64,000 nt of DNA from Spirochaetia bacterium (GCA_963662795.1 OY759746.1:576001-640000), one strand, 5' to 3'; numbered from the stretch's first letter, positions 50,314 to 61,390 are shown. Numbers and translations are program-made. Notes: generated by a model from the sequence alone, not told the origin.

Positions 50314-51375
50314 CTATCTTACCAGATCTATCACTCTAGGGGCTATTTTTAAAAGAGGAAGAACTTCATCTACAGCGCCTCTCTTTACTGCTTCCTTAGG
50401 CATACCGTAAACTACGCATGATTTTTCATCCTGTGCTATCGTATAAGCACCGTTGTCTTTCATCTCCTTCATCCCCCTGGCGCCGTCATCACCCATGCCC
50501 GTCATTATAATCCCTATAACATTCTCCCCGGCAAAGCGGGCAGCGGATCTGAAAAGGACATCAACACTCGGACGGTGTCTGCTTACAAGAGGGCCTGTCC
50601 TTACTTCAATAAAATATTCTGTTCCTGAAGTTTTTAAAAGCATATGATCATCTCCGGGAGCCACAAATACATCTCCCCTCTTCATTTTCATACCGTTTAC
50701 AGCTTCCTGGACATGCGCTTTTGAAAGAGTATTCAGCCTGTCTGCAAAAGCTTTGGTAAAATGCTTAGGCATATGCTGTACAATTAAAATTGGAGGCATG
50801 TTATCTGGAATCATCATAAGAAAATCCTTTAATGCCTCAGTTCCTCCAGTTGAAGCTCCGACTACAATAACCTTTTCCGTTGTTTTAATATTCCCCGCTT
50901 TTCCTGCAGGAAGTATTACATCTGCCGTAAGTTTAGAAGTTACGGAAATTGTTTTTTCAGGACTCTTTTTCCCGACTTTTGCATTTACAGCAGCCTTTAC
51001 AGTATCCTGGATCTTTGTTTTGGATTCTTCGATAAATTCTTTCGTTCCAAATTTGGGCTTTTCAATTATCTCGAGTGCTCCGTGATCAAGAGCAGATATC
51101 GCATTTATGGAATTATGCTGGGAAAAACTTGAGCAGATAATAACAGGAAGGGGTTTTTCAGCCATTATTTTCTTTAGATATGTAAGACCGTCCATCTGGG
51201 GCATCTGAAGATCAAGAATCAGAACATCAGGGCTGAAACTTGCAAATTTATTTTCTGCAAAGACAGGATTGGATGCAGAAAGAGTCTCAAATCCGTCTGC
51301 TTCAGGCAGAATAGCCTGCATTGTCTGCCGGACAAGTGCGGAGTCATCAACAATCATAACTTTAATTTTTTTCAT
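50314..51375 (-). CDS. cheB: Chemotaxis methylesterase with receiver domain
   Basis: GASTGG, VQHMP, HRPSVDVLF, TGMGDDG. Confidence 0.96.
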   Translation of the reverse strand: MKKIKVMIVDDSALVRQTMQAILPEADGFETLSASNPVFAENKFASFSPDVLILDLQMPQMDGLTYLKKIMAEKPLPVIICSSFSQHNSINAISALDHGALEIIEKPKFGTKEFIEESKTKIQDTVKAAVNAKVGKKSPEKTISVTSKLTADVILPAGKAGNIKTTEKVIVVGASTGGTEALKDFLMMIPDNMPPILIVQHMPKHFTKAFADRLNTLSKAHVQEAVNGMKMKRGDVFVAPGDDHMLLKTSGTEYFIEVRTGPLVSRHRPSVDVLFRSAARFAGENVIGIIMTGMGDDGARGMKEMKDNGAYTIAQDEKSCVVYGMPKEAVKRGAVDEVLPLLKIAPRVIDLVR

Positions 51376-51393
51376 TATTCCCTCAATCTAACT

Positions 51394-52218
51394 CTATATT
51401 TTTTTAAAAACAGCAGGCGCACAGGATTTGAGATTAAAATTCATTCCAGCCATTGATTCGGAATGCCCAAGAAAGAGATGTCCTTCGGGACAGATTTTTT
51501 TTACCAGATTCCCGATAATATATTTCTGCTTTTCTCTCTCAAAATAAATCAAGACATTCCTGCAGAAAACAATATCAAAAGTCCCGGGAACATTATAATT
51601 ACTGCTCATCAGATTAAAGGTTCCAAGTTTAATATTATTTTTCAGAAAGGATTTAAAACGGTACTTTTTCTGTCCGGAATCTGCAGGTTCCAGATATCTG
51701 TCAATAAAGCCGGGAAAAGGGATGGTCTTTACATTGTCTTCTGAATATTCCCCGCTTTTCGCAATTTCAAGTACTTTTGTGGAAATATCTGTACCAATTA
51801 CAGAATACTTTAGTCTGTAATTATGCTTTTTTATATACTCTTCTATTTCCATGGCAATAGAATAAAGTTCCTCTCCGGAAGAACTTGCGCATGACCATAT
51901 TTTAAGCTCTTTTTTCCCTTTTTTCTCATATTCAGGGAGAAGGACCTCCCGGATATAATTAAAATGCCCTATTTCCCTGAAAAAGTCTGTTTTATTCGTT
52001 GCAATAGTGTTACAGAATTCAACAAGCTCTTTTTTTGAATTACTGTCACCCGTCTTCAGATAGTCGCAGTAATCCTGAAAAGAAGTAAGACTCAGAATCC
52101 TTAATCTTTTTGTAAGACGGGTTTCCATCAGCTGTTTCTTTTCAGGTGTCATTTTTATACCCATTATTTTCTTAACCAGTTCTGACAGGTATAAAAAGCT
52201 TTTATCATCAATATTCAT
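51394..52218 (-). CDS. cheR: Chemotaxis methyltransferase
   Basis: TNKTDFFRE, WSCASSSGEE, FCRNVLIYF, LGHSES. Confidence 0.96.
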   Translation of the reverse strand: MNIDDKSFLYLSELVKKIMGIKMTPEKKQLMETRLTKRLRILSLTSFQDYCDYLKTGDSNSKKELVEFCNTIATNKTDFFREIGHFNYIREVLLPEYEKKGKKELKIWSCASSSGEELYSIAMEIEEYIKKHNYRLKYSVIGTDISTKVLEIAKSGEYSEDNVKTIPFPGFIDRYLEPADSGQKKYRFKSFLKNNIKLGTFNLMSSNYNVPGTFDIVFCRNVLIYFEREKQKYIIGNLVKKICPEGHLFLGHSESMAGMNFNLKSCAPAVFKKI

Positions 52219-52236
52219 GGTTTGTACCGCATTACG

Positions 52237-54282
52237 TTAAATCTTTTTAGTCAGATTGTTTACATTAAGAATAAGGGCTATTCTCCCGTCTCCCATAATT
52301 GTTGCGCCTGAAAATATTTTTGCGTTGCTGAAAACTTTTCCAAGATTTTTAATTACTGTCTGATAATCTCCAATAACCTCATCAACTACAAGTCCGTATT
52401 TTGTGTTTTCTGTGTTAATAATTACAATCTGCTCCCGATCAGGCAGAACTGTTTTGTAACTAAGCAAACCGCGCAGGGAAAGATAAGGGACAAACAAATC
52501 CCTGTAAAGAATTATATTTTTATCACCTTCTTTCTTTTCTTCAGCATTATTCCGGTCTATACAGGCCTCAATACTTGACAGAGGGAGAATATAATGGTCG
52601 TCATCAACTTTAACAAGAAGACCGTCAATTATTGCAAGAGTCAAAGGCAATGAAATAATTACCCTGGTATTCTTCCCCTCTTCCGAGGAAAGGACCACAT
52701 TTCCCTGTAAATTATCAATCTCTTTTTTTACGACATCCATTCCGACACCGCGGCCTGATACTTTTGAGACAGTTTCAGCAGTGGAAAATCCGCTCTGAAA
52801 TACAAGGCTGTAAAGTTTATCATCAGACAATGATTCATCAGGCATCATAAGCCCTCTTTCAGCTGCTTTACGTCTTATAACTTCCCTGCTAATCCCTTTT
52901 CCGTCATCTTCAATTGTGATATTGACATGTCCTCCTGAATGCTCAGCGGAAAGCCTGATTGTTCCGGTTTCATCCTTGCCGGAACTTATTCTGATATCAG
53001 GTCTTTCTATTCCATGATCAATGCTGTTCCTTATTATGTGAACAAGGGGTTCTTTAAGTTTATCCAGCACAGTTTTATCAAGTTCAGTTTCCTCACCGTA
53101 TGTCACAAGCTGTATTTTTTTCCCCAGTTCCGCAGAAAGATCTCTTACAAGACGTCTGAAAATCCCGAAAGTCTGCCCTACCGGAATCATTCTTACCCCA
53201 AGGACAGAATCCCTGAGTTCCTCTGTAAGTCTCTGAAGCGATTCTGCAATGTTGGAAAGTTCATAATTGTTGGTATCGAGAGTATACTGATTAAGCTGCG
53301 CCTGGAGAGTAACAAGTTCTCCCACAAGATTTACAAAATCATCAAGTTTTTCAGTACTTATCTTGATGTTCTGTTTTGCAGTCTGTTTACTGTGGATTTT
53401 TTTCAGGTGCTCCTGTTCAAGAAGCGCCACCTCAAGATCATCCTTTGATACAAGATTCTTTTCAACAAGCTCTTCGCCGATTTTCTTTTTATTTTCAAGA
53501 ATATTATTTATAACATCAGAACTCACAGAGCCCCTGTCAATCAGGATCTCTCCAATTCTGGCTACATCGTCATCATCGGAAATCAGATCGTGGGCCGCTT
53601 CTTCTATTGTAATTTCACAGTCGTTCTCGACAAACAGAAAGACATCCTTTATTTCAGTAATCTTTTTTCCAGTAGTAAGAAACAGATTCCATCCGATATA
53701 ACACTTGTCATTTCTAAGCTCACCAAGTGAAGGCAGCATTACATCATCGACTTCAATTGTAAGAATCCCAAGATCCTTAAGCTCCTTTATAATAAGAAGG
53801 GGATTAACGCCTTTTTTGAAAATGTTCTCATCCGGAAAAAATTTGATCTGATATGTTTTTTCCTTTTGTGATCCGTTATTTTTGGAATTTGCAGGAGCCG
53901 ATCTGTTTTTCCGTTCAGGAGCACCCAGCTTTTCTTCAATTTTTTTAATTTTCTCGTCAACAGAAGGATCTGAATTATTGAGAAGAGAAAAAATAATATC
54001 TCTGGATTCAAGCGCAAGGTTAGCTGTTTCTGATGAAAATGACATTTCCCCGGTTCTTATCCTGTCAAAAACATCTTCCACCATATGTGCAAATTTATAG
54101 ATTTTATCCGCACCTACCATCCCCGCAGAACCCTTAATTGTATGCATTACCCTGAATACGGCATCAAGGTTTGATTTATCATCAGGATTGCTTTCAAGAT
54201 CGAGGAGAAGCCCCTCAAGTTCTGAAAGAAGCTCTTCCGACTCATCAACAAAAGTCTGTTTTATCTGATCAGCTATTTCCAA
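52237..54282 (-). CDS. cheA: Chemotaxis histidine kinase
   Basis: Hpt HTIKG, RNSIDHG, DDGKG, GFST, SGRGVGMDVV and a C-terminal CheW domain. Probable TTG start at 54282 after an AAGGAG RBS. Confidence 0.95.
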   Translation of the reverse strand: MEIADQIKQTFVDESEELLSELEGLLLDLESNPDDKSNLDAVFRVMHTIKGSAGMVGADKIYKFAHMVEDVFDRIRTGEMSFSSETANLALESRDIIFSLLNNSDPSVDEKIKKIEEKLGAPERKNRSAPANSKNNGSQKEKTYQIKFFPDENIFKKGVNPLLIIKELKDLGILTIEVDDVMLPSLGELRNDKCYIGWNLFLTTGKKITEIKDVFLFVENDCEITIEEAAHDLISDDDDVARIGEILIDRGSVSSDVINNILENKKKIGEELVEKNLVSKDDLEVALLEQEHLKKIHSKQTAKQNIKISTEKLDDFVNLVGELVTLQAQLNQYTLDTNNYELSNIAESLQRLTEELRDSVLGVRMIPVGQTFGIFRRLVRDLSAELGKKIQLVTYGEETELDKTVLDKLKEPLVHIIRNSIDHGIERPDIRISSGKDETGTIRLSAEHSGGHVNITIEDDGKGISREVIRRKAAERGLMMPDESLSDDKLYSLVFQSGFSTAETVSKVSGRGVGMDVVKKEIDNLQGNVVLSSEEGKNTRVIISLPLTLAIIDGLLVKVDDDHYILPLSSIEACIDRNNAEEKKEGDKNIILYRDLFVPYLSLRGLLSYKTVLPDREQIVIINTENTKYGLVVDEVIGDYQTVIKNLGKVFSNAKIFSGATIMGDGRIALILNVNNLTKKI

Positions 54283-54646
54283 TTTCAGCTCCTTTTTTAC
54301 CAAGAAAAGGAAATAAAACTTCTGAAATATTCCCTCTTTCAAGAAAACCGCAGTCATAAAGCCTGTTTGAAAACAACTCCTTTAGAGGACCCCTGAATGC
54401 AACCTGAAAATCATTTATCATGCATTCTTTATAAAAGGACAGAAGGATCTGAAGCGAGGAGAGATCTGCATTATTCACCTTCCTGAGATCCAGAGTGATT
54501 TTTGTGTACTCACTTTCAAATACAGATTTAAGTTTTCTGAGAAGTATCTCATTATTGGTAATTTTAAGTTCCGGCGGCAAAGTTAAAACAGCTCCTTTGG
54601 CTGTTTTAACAACTGCTTTACCAGAATCAGCTGTTTTCGCTATCAT
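54269..54646 (-). CDS. STAS domain protein
   Basis: TLDLRKVNNADLSSLQILLS; lies between cheW and cheA. Start placed at ATG 54646. Confidence 0.8.
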   Translation of the reverse strand: MIAKTADSGKAVVKTAKGAVLTLPPELKITNNEILLRKLKSVFESEYTKITLDLRKVNNADLSSLQILLSFYKECMINDFQVAFRGPLKELFSNRLYDCGFLERGNISEVLFPFLGKKGAEIGNS

Positions 54647-55145
54647 TTTTTTCTTCCTTTGATATATCATTTTTGACTTTCGGAATAAGAATAAGCTCCT
54701 CATTACTTAAAACTCTGTTTATATCAAGAATTATAAGAAACTTGTCATTATGCTGGCACATTCCCTGAATGAAATCAGTCTTGAGATTGAGTCCGATTTT
54801 TGGCGCCGGCTCTATCTGGGCGGATGATATATCAATAACTTCCTGCACAGAATCAACAAATGCGCCGATAAGCATAACATCATCATCTTTTGATTCGATT
54901 TCAAGTATTATTATGCTTGAGTCTATAGTCTGATCTTCCTCTTTTATTCCGAATTTTTTTCTCAGATCAATAACAGGAACAACACTTCCCCTGAGGTTGA
55001 GAACACCTTTCATAAAATCAGGCATTCCCGGCACCCGTGTTATCGGAACAATTTCAAGAACCTCTCTGACACTTAAAACAGACACTGCATAATTTTCACT
55101 ATGAAGTGTAAAAGTAAGATATTGTGACATTTCATTGTTAAGCAT
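54627..55145 (-). CDS. cheW: Chemotaxis coupling protein
   Basis: QYLTF, ITRVP, GVLNLRGSVVPVIDLR, VDSVQEV. Confidence 0.95.
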   Translation of the reverse strand: MLNNEMSQYLTFTLHSENYAVSVLSVREVLEIVPITRVPGMPDFMKGVLNLRGSVVPVIDLRKKFGIKEEDQTIDSSIIILEIESKDDDVMLIGAFVDSVQEVIDISSAQIEPAPKIGLNLKTDFIQGMCQHNDKFLIILDINRVLSNEELILIPKVKNDISKEEKNDSENS

Positions 55146-55431
55146 ATTTTCATCTCCATTCAGTTTTATATAAAATACTTTGATTACAGAAAAGCAGGAT
55201 ATTACTGCCCCCGATAATTTATCAGGTCAAAAACTTTAAACTCCGTAAAATCTTTTTTACATCAAATATCAGTATAAAGTCCTTATATATCAATATAGTT
55301 AATTTTATCAAATCAAATCCATTTTTTTTATTTTTTAAACTTTTTTTATTTTCTAAATTAAACAGATCCTGTTTCTTTATGCTATTTTATATCTATCTTT
55401 CAGTGAAATATAAAAACATGTGAGGAAAATT

Positions 55432-57447
55432 ATGAAAAACATGAAACTTGCATTAAAAATGTTTATCGGTTTTGGTGCAACAATACTAATTGTGTCTCTT
55501 GTGGGTCTTATCGCTGTTATTAATATGCAGAGAATAAAAAACAGCACAGAAATTCTCAATAATGAATATCTGCCGGAAGTTGAGATTGCAAACAATCTGG
55601 AAAGAAATGCTCTCCAGACAATGTTCAACATGAGAGGATACAGCCTTAATTTCAGCGACAGCTACCTGTCAGCCGGAATGGATTTCTTTGGAAAGGTTAA
55701 AGAAAATTACAAGGAAGCAGTCGCTCTCTCAGAAAAGGCAGATAATCTGACAAAGCTTAAAGAACAGGCCTCTGTGATAAACGAAGAAATAAAAACCTAT
55801 GAAAAAGAAACTTCTACAACTGTTGAAACAATTAATAAGATAAAAGAACTCAGAACAGAACTTGATAATGAGGCCCCTTTATTCATGAAAAACTGTGAAG
55901 ATTATCTTGAAAGCCAGGATATAAAAATCAAAGAGGAAATAGATTCCGGTAAATCACGGAATGCTTTGAAGGAAAGGGTTTTCAAGATGAAACTCATGAA
56001 CGAGGTTATTGATCACATAAACAGTGTAAGGCTAAGCAACTTCAAGGCCCAGCTTCTGGTTGACTACAAGATAATGGAAGAAGGAATAAGCAATTTTGAA
56101 TATATCTATAAAACTCTTGCTGAAATCCGCAAAATAACTTTCCAGAAAGCAAATATTGAACAGCTGGATCGTATCGAAACATCCGGGAATACATACAAAA
56201 AAGGGATGGAGGAAATCCTGTCGCTTTATAAAAAACTCGCAGAATTAAACAAAGTCCGGAACGAAGCAGCCCTTAATGTTCTTGAAGGTTCAAAGAATCT
56301 TTCCGTTGCAGGAGTATCAAACACTCTGGGAAAAAACAGCTCAGCCCTCAGGCTGATAATATCCTCAACAGTGATTGTTGTAGCAGGCCTCCTTGCAGCT
56401 CTTGCAATATCAATAGTTATTGCAGTTTTTCTCACAAGAATGATAACTGTATCACTCAATAAAGGAGTTATTTTTGCCCAATCCATTGCGAAAGGAGATC
56501 TTACATCAGTAATTGATCTTGATCAGAAAGATGAAATAGGAGTTCTTGCTGCATCTCTAAATGAAATGTCTTCAAAACTCAAGGGAATAATGGAAAATAT
56601 TATTTCAAGTTCCAGAGATGTTGCGCAGGGGGGGGATGAGCTTAAAAATCTTGCAATGAATATATCCTCAGGAGCAAGCGAGCAGGCATCATCCAGCGAA
56701 GAGGTAGCCTCATCAATAGAGGAAATGGCTGCAAACATAAAGCAGAATACTGGAAATGCGTCCATGACAAGCGATATAGCTGACAAGGTTGCAAAAGATG
56801 CAAAAGTGAGCGGCGATGTTGTAAAGGAAGCAGTTGAATCAATTAAAAAAATATCGGAAAAGATAGAAGTAATTGACAATATATCAAGACAGACAAACAT
56901 GCTTGCCCTTAATGCAGCAATTGAAGCTGCACGGGCAGGAGAACACGGGAAAGGCTTTGCGGTAGTCGCATCGGAAGTAAGAAAGCTTGCCGAAAACAGC
57001 CAGAAAGCGGCAATTGAAATAATGGAACTCTCATCCCACACTGTAAATAAAGCAGTTACTGCAGGGAAAATGCTGGAAGAGCTTGTTCCTGAGATTATCA
57101 AGACATCAGATCTTATAAAAGAAATCAGCAGCGCAAGTTCTGAACAGGAAAAAGGTGTGGATCAGATGAATATAGCCATCAATCAGCTTAATGAAGTAGT
57201 CCAGACAAACGCATCGTCGAGCGAAGAAATGGCCGCAACTTCTGAAGAACTTAATGCAAAATCCGATTTTATGCTTCAGACAGTGAGCTTTTTCAAAATA
57301 GGAAAAAATACCGGCAGCAGAAAAAATCAGAAAAGCACAGGGAAAAAAGAAGATACCAATATAAGAGACAAAAAATCCGAGAAAAAAGAGGACTATGATA
57401 CTGGAAACGACTTCCCCGACCAGGAAGGCGGGTTTAAGGAATTTTAG
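55432..57447 (+). CDS. Transmembrane methyl-accepting chemotaxis protein (helical periplasmic sensor, HAMP)
   Basis: Two TM helices, HAMP (DEIG), [36 protein letters not shown]-terminal pentapeptide GFKEF. Confidence 0.95.
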   Translation: MKNMKLALKMFIGFGATILIVSLVGLIAVINMQRIKNSTEILNNEYLPEVEIANNLERNALQTMFNMRGYSLNFSDSYLSAGMDFFGKVKENYKEAVALSEKADNLTKLKEQASVINEEIKTYEKETSTTVETINKIKELRTELDNEAPLFMKNCEDYLESQDIKIKEEIDSGKSRNALKERVFKMKLMNEVIDHINSVRLSNFKAQLLVDYKIMEEGISNFEYIYKTLAEIRKITFQKANIEQLDRIETSGNTYKKGMEEILSLYKKLAELNKVRNEAALNVLEGSKNLSVAGVSNTLGKNSSALRLIISSTVIVVAGLLAALAISIVIAVFLTRMITVSLNKGVIFAQSIAKGDLTSVIDLDQKDEIGVLAASLNEMSSKLKGIMENIISSSRDVAQGGDELKNLAMNISSGASEQASSSEEVASSIEEMAANIKQNTGNASMTSDIADKVAKDAKVSGDVVKEAVESIKKISEKIEVIDNISRQTNMLALNAAIEAARAGEHGKGFAVVASEVRKLAENSQKAAIEIMELSSHTVNKAVTAGKMLEELVPEIIKTSDLIKEISSASSEQEKGVDQMNIAINQLNEVVQTNASSSEEMAATSEELNAKSDFMLQTVSFFKIGKNTGSRKNQKSTGKKEDTNIRDKKSEKKEDYDTGNDFPDQEGGFKEF

Positions 57448-57460
57448 GCAGAATTAATCC

Positions 57461-57492
57461 TATCCCGGCAGTTTTTTATATCTGCCGGGATA
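57461..57492. terminator. Hairpin downstream of the MCP gene
   Basis: tatcccggcag-N10-ctgccgggata perfect 11-bp stem. Confidence 0.6.
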
Positions 57493-57628
57493 AATAATCA
57501 TAGTCTTTAAAATGCCTGGCAATGCAGCAGAAGAATATTATTCAAAGGCTGTGCAATCAGGCAGACCAAAAATCCAGAATCTGAAAAGACGTATTACCAT
57601 ATACGCAAAACCTGATAATTGTACATAA

Positions 57629-58075
57629 ATGAATCGGTTTTCATCTGCATCTTACAGGGAGGAAAAAGGCAGAATGATAGCAACAGATAATAAAGCTGAT
57701 AAAAAAAGTAAAATATTGATAATGGATGATGATGATTTTATACTTGATATTTTGACAGAAATGCTTGATTTGCTGGGACACACAGCTGTAGCAGCAACAG
57801 AAGGGGATGAAGCACTGAGGATTATAGAATCATCATATAAAAAAGGTGAAATATTTGCTGCCTGCATACTGGATCTTGCAATACCGGGAGGGAAAGGAGG
57901 ACTTGATATAGTCAAGGAAATCAGAAGTATCTCGGAAAAAACAGAAATTATTGCTTTAAGCGGATATACAGAAAATCCTGTAATTGAATTCCCTGAAAAA
58001 TATGGATTCAGCGGCAGCCTGAGGAAACCTTTCAAACTTGATGAATTTTCTGAAATTATCAGAAGGTATGTCTAA
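57629..58075 (+). CDS. Stand-alone receiver domain protein (alternative start 57674)
   Basis: MDDD...LDLAIPGG...SGY...KPF; resembles the receivers of hybrid kinases. Confidence 0.85.
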   Translation: MNRFSSASYREEKGRMIATDNKADKKSKILIMDDDDFILDILTEMLDLLGHTAVAATEGDEALRIIESSYKKGEIFAACILDLAIPGGKGGLDIVKEIRSISEKTEIIALSGYTENPVIEFPEKYGFSGSLRKPFKLDEFSEIIRRYV

Positions 58076-58169
58076 ATTCCCCCCCAACAAGCATTACACC
58101 TAATAAAAATTATAAATTCTACGATAATTAAATATAGTTCTATATATTTAATTATCAGGAATTTGGATA

Positions 58170-58862
58170 ATGATTAAGATACTTATAGTTGAAGATGATC
58201 CCATGGTAATTGAAATAACAAAATCCTTTATTGATAAAATATCCGGATACACTATCTCCGGGGAGTGCAGAGGCGGGATATCTGCACTTGAATTTTTAAA
58301 AAAAAATGATGTAGATCTTATCATGGCAGATATATCCATGCCGAATATGGACGGGTTAACCTTTGTTAAGGAACTCCGGAAAGAACAGAATAATTCAGAT
58401 ATAATATTTGTTACAGCATTAAATGACTCAGAAACAATTAAAACCGCATTAAAATACGGAGCGGTAGACTATATTGTAAAACCATATGATTTTAATCGCT
58501 TTAAAAAAACAATGGAATCCTACAAAGACCGGTTTAATACATTAAACCGGAAAAACAGTATAGAGCAGAGTGATATCGACAGGATAACCAACATAGAAAG
58601 TACTAATAATACAACATCAGAACTTCCCAAGGGAATTCATTCATCAACACTCAAAAAAGTCCTTAAGACTTTTGATGATTCTGATCCTGATATGGAACTT
58701 ACCATAGAATACTTTTCAAGTATTTTAAAAATGAGTGTAGTTTCACTGCGCCATTATATGGACTATCTATGTTCTGAAGGTATAATTGAGTACGATACAA
58801 AATACGGAACAGTAGGAAGACCAAAATATCTCTATCGTAGAACCAATAAACCAGCTGAATAG
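58170..58862 (+). CDS. CitB/DcuR/MalR-family response regulator
   Basis: VEDDPMV, DYIVKP, LPKGI, and C-terminal HTH ending YGTVGRP. Confidence 0.88.
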   Translation: MIKILIVEDDPMVIEITKSFIDKISGYTISGECRGGISALEFLKKNDVDLIMADISMPNMDGLTFVKELRKEQNNSDIIFVTALNDSETIKTALKYGAVDYIVKPYDFNRFKKTMESYKDRFNTLNRKNSIEQSDIDRITNIESTNNTTSELPKGIHSSTLKKVLKTFDDSDPDMELTIEYFSSILKMSVVSLRHYMDYLCSEGIIEYDTKYGTVGRPKYLYRRTNKPAE

Positions 58863-58868
58863 GAAAAA

Positions 58869-61055
58869 TTACAACTGTTTATTAATTTTTTCAATTATCT
58901 TGTCAAATTTAATAATAGAAAAAGGCTTCTGCAGTGTGATACAGCCATCATTTATCATTTCCGCTATATCGTTTTCATTAGTGCTATAACCAGATGACAG
59001 GATAACCTTTTGATCCGGTTTTATTGATTTTATTTTATCATAAACTTCTTTTCCGCTTATATCAGGCATCATATAGTCAAGAACAACTAAATCAATGTTA
59101 CTATATCTGTTACTGAAATATCCCAGACCGTCCAATCCGTTGTTGACCAATTTAACAATATGGCCGGAATCTTCAAGATGTTCCTTCAGCATAATTGAAT
59201 ACTCAATATTATCATCAATAATCAAAACAGATAACTGATTTTGAAAGTGCCGGCTGGATTCGTTTTTATTATCGTTAATAGTGATTTCTGATTTGCTTAT
59301 CCATGGCAAATATATAATAAATTCAGTCCCAATATTGACTTCTGATTTTACTTCAATGGCTCCATCATGGCTTTTTATTATACCGAATACTGAAGCAAGA
59401 CCCATTCCCGTTCCTTTGCCTACTTTTTTTGTAGTAAAAAATGGTTCAAAGATCCTGCCAAGAGTTTCAGCGGTCATTCCTGAACCATTATCAGTTATTC
59501 TTAATTTAACATAATTCCCGGGACCTACCTCAAAACCATGCTGAAGTTCTTTTCTGGTTTCAATATTTATCAATCCAATCTCAAAAAATATTTCACCTGT
59601 TCCATGTATTGCGTCTTTTGAGTTCAGGGCAATATTAAGTACAGCATTCTGGATATTTGTATAATCTCCGTTTATATTTGCATCCAGAAGATTAAGCTCT
59701 TTTTTAATTTTAACCCGTTTATCAAGGGAATGATTTAAAATATCTATTACATCCTCAACAACAGGAACAAGATTAATAACTTGTTTTTTATAATTCCCTA
59801 TCCTGGCAAAAGACAGAAGCTGCTTTGTCAGAACAGAGCTGTTTTGAACAGATTTTATTATTTTTCCAATATAATTTTTAAGCTGCTGATCAGTAATTTT
59901 ACTGCTTAAAAGTTCTGAATACCCTAAAATTGAGGATAACTGATTGTTGAAATCATGCGCAATTCCTCCGGAAAGCTGACCTATCGACTCCATCTTCTGA
60001 CTTTGAAACATTTTCCTTTCAAATAATTCTTTTTCCTCTTCCTGTTTCTTCAACTCTGTAATATCCTGAACAATGCCTATGGCTTTACAAATTTTTCCAT
60101 TATCATCACATATATGTACACACTTTTCAAAAACAAATCTTGTCTCTCCTGTTGTCTGGTTTATTATCCGATGCCGAAGCTCATAAGATTCACGATTGTT
60201 TTCCAGGGATTGTTCGTATTTATCATTTACTGATTTTATATCTTCCGGATGTACCATTCTTAAGAAGAATTCATAGTTTATTTCCCTTGATTTATCATCA
60301 ATACCGAAAATTCTGTAAGTTTCTTCTGACCAAATCAGTTTATTGTCAGCTAAATTCAATTCCCATGATCCTGTATGGGATATTTTCTGTGTTTCAGTTA
60401 ATAAAAAAGTCTTATCTTTAATTTCATTTAGTGTTCTAATAAGATCCTCTTTGTTTTTCTTGTAATAAATAAAAATAAAACTGAACGCTATTGCAAATTC
60501 AAATAATGCGCCAAGAAAAAATCCGATCGGGGCAAACCATACTGATGTTCCTAAAAACGGATAATTCATTTTATGTATGCCCCATAAAATGAATGTTACA
60601 CCAGCTATTTTATGCTCAGTATTATTTATAGTTTTATCTTTAAATAATATAACCCCTGTTTCGATATATATAATTCCCATAAACAAAAAAGTAGGAAGCG
60701 TAATATAAAGATATGAGAAATGCAGAACTACACCCGAAATTATCCATATCTGTAGAATAATATAAATAATACCCCATTTTTTTACTGTTTTTTTGTCAAG
60801 AAATAATAAAGTCCCGTATAACAAAAAAATTCCGCTTAACAATGAGGCTGATTGCTCTATGCTTATTAAAAAATGTGTTGGGGAATATTTCTGTATTAAA
60901 AATGAAAACATAAAGCGGAAAGCATATAGCCACCAGCTGATGGCCCATATTTTTAAATAGTCTTTTCTTTCATTTAAATAAAGAAACGAGTAAACAAATG
61001 AAATTGCCAGAGTCCCTATCAATGTTGATACGATTGCCGGTAATATCCAATTCAT
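58869..61055 (-). CDS. Membrane-anchored PAS hybrid histidine kinase
   Basis: About 7-TM N-terminus, PAS (GSWE...VHPED), GGIAHDFNN, EPFFTTK, GTGMGL, receiver. Confidence 0.92.
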   Translation of the reverse strand: MNWILPAIVSTLIGTLAISFVYSFLYLNERKDYLKIWAISWWLYAFRFMFSFLIQKYSPTHFLISIEQSASLLSGIFLLYGTLLFLDKKTVKKWGIIYIILQIWIISGVVLHFSYLYITLPTFLFMGIIYIETGVILFKDKTINNTEHKIAGVTFILWGIHKMNYPFLGTSVWFAPIGFFLGALFEFAIAFSFIFIYYKKNKEDLIRTLNEIKDKTFLLTETQKISHTGSWELNLADNKLIWSEETYRIFGIDDKSREINYEFFLRMVHPEDIKSVNDKYEQSLENNRESYELRHRIINQTTGETRFVFEKCVHICDDNGKICKAIGIVQDITELKKQEEEKELFERKMFQSQKMESIGQLSGGIAHDFNNQLSSILGYSELLSSKITDQQLKNYIGKIIKSVQNSSVLTKQLLSFARIGNYKKQVINLVPVVEDVIDILNHSLDKRVKIKKELNLLDANINGDYTNIQNAVLNIALNSKDAIHGTGEIFFEIGLINIETRKELQHGFEVGPGNYVKLRITDNGSGMTAETLGRIFEPFFTTKKVGKGTGMGLASVFGIIKSHDGAIEVKSEVNIGTEFIIYLPWISKSEITINDNKNESSRHFQNQLSVLIIDDNIEYSIMLKEHLEDSGHIVKLVNNGLDGLGYFSNRYSNIDLVVLDYMMPDISGKEVYDKIKSIKPDQKVILSSGYSTNENDIAEMINDGCITLQKPFSIIKFDKIIEKINKQL

Positions 61056-61228
61056 TATAATCCTTAATCTTTTTATGTATGCACTCTGGAATTATCTTTG
61101 AGCTGCAAAACATAAATCCCCAGATATGTTCAAATTGTTTTATGATGGAAACTTTTTTTTCAATAATATGTTAATGTATATTGCCGGTATTTGCTACAAA
61201 AAAATTAAAATGACTAAAGCAGATATCT

Positions 61229-61257
61229 AAAAAAAACACCCTAATAGAAGGGTGTTT
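61229..61257 (-). terminator. Rho-independent terminator after the small ORF
   Basis: Minus strand: aaacaccct-tctatt-agggtgttt followed by a T run. Confidence 0.7.
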
Positions 61258-61261
61258 ATAT

Positions 61262-61390
61262 TTACATGATTTTACCTGTTTTCTCAGATAAATCCCTTGC
61301 TTTCCTGAAAAGCTGTTCAGCTGTACTGTAATCACCTGCCTGCATCATTTCCATTCCTCTCTCAAAAAGTTCAGTTATGTTTTTTTCCAT
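61262..61390 (-). CDS. 42-aa small protein, single TPR-like helix pair (not in the ORF track)
   Basis: MEKNITELFERGMEMMQAGDYSTAEQLFRKARDLSEKTGKIM, with an AGAGGAG RBS at 61400-61406 and its own terminator. Confidence 0.7.
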   Translation of the reverse strand: MEKNITELFERGMEMMQAGDYSTAEQLFRKARDLSEKTGKIM

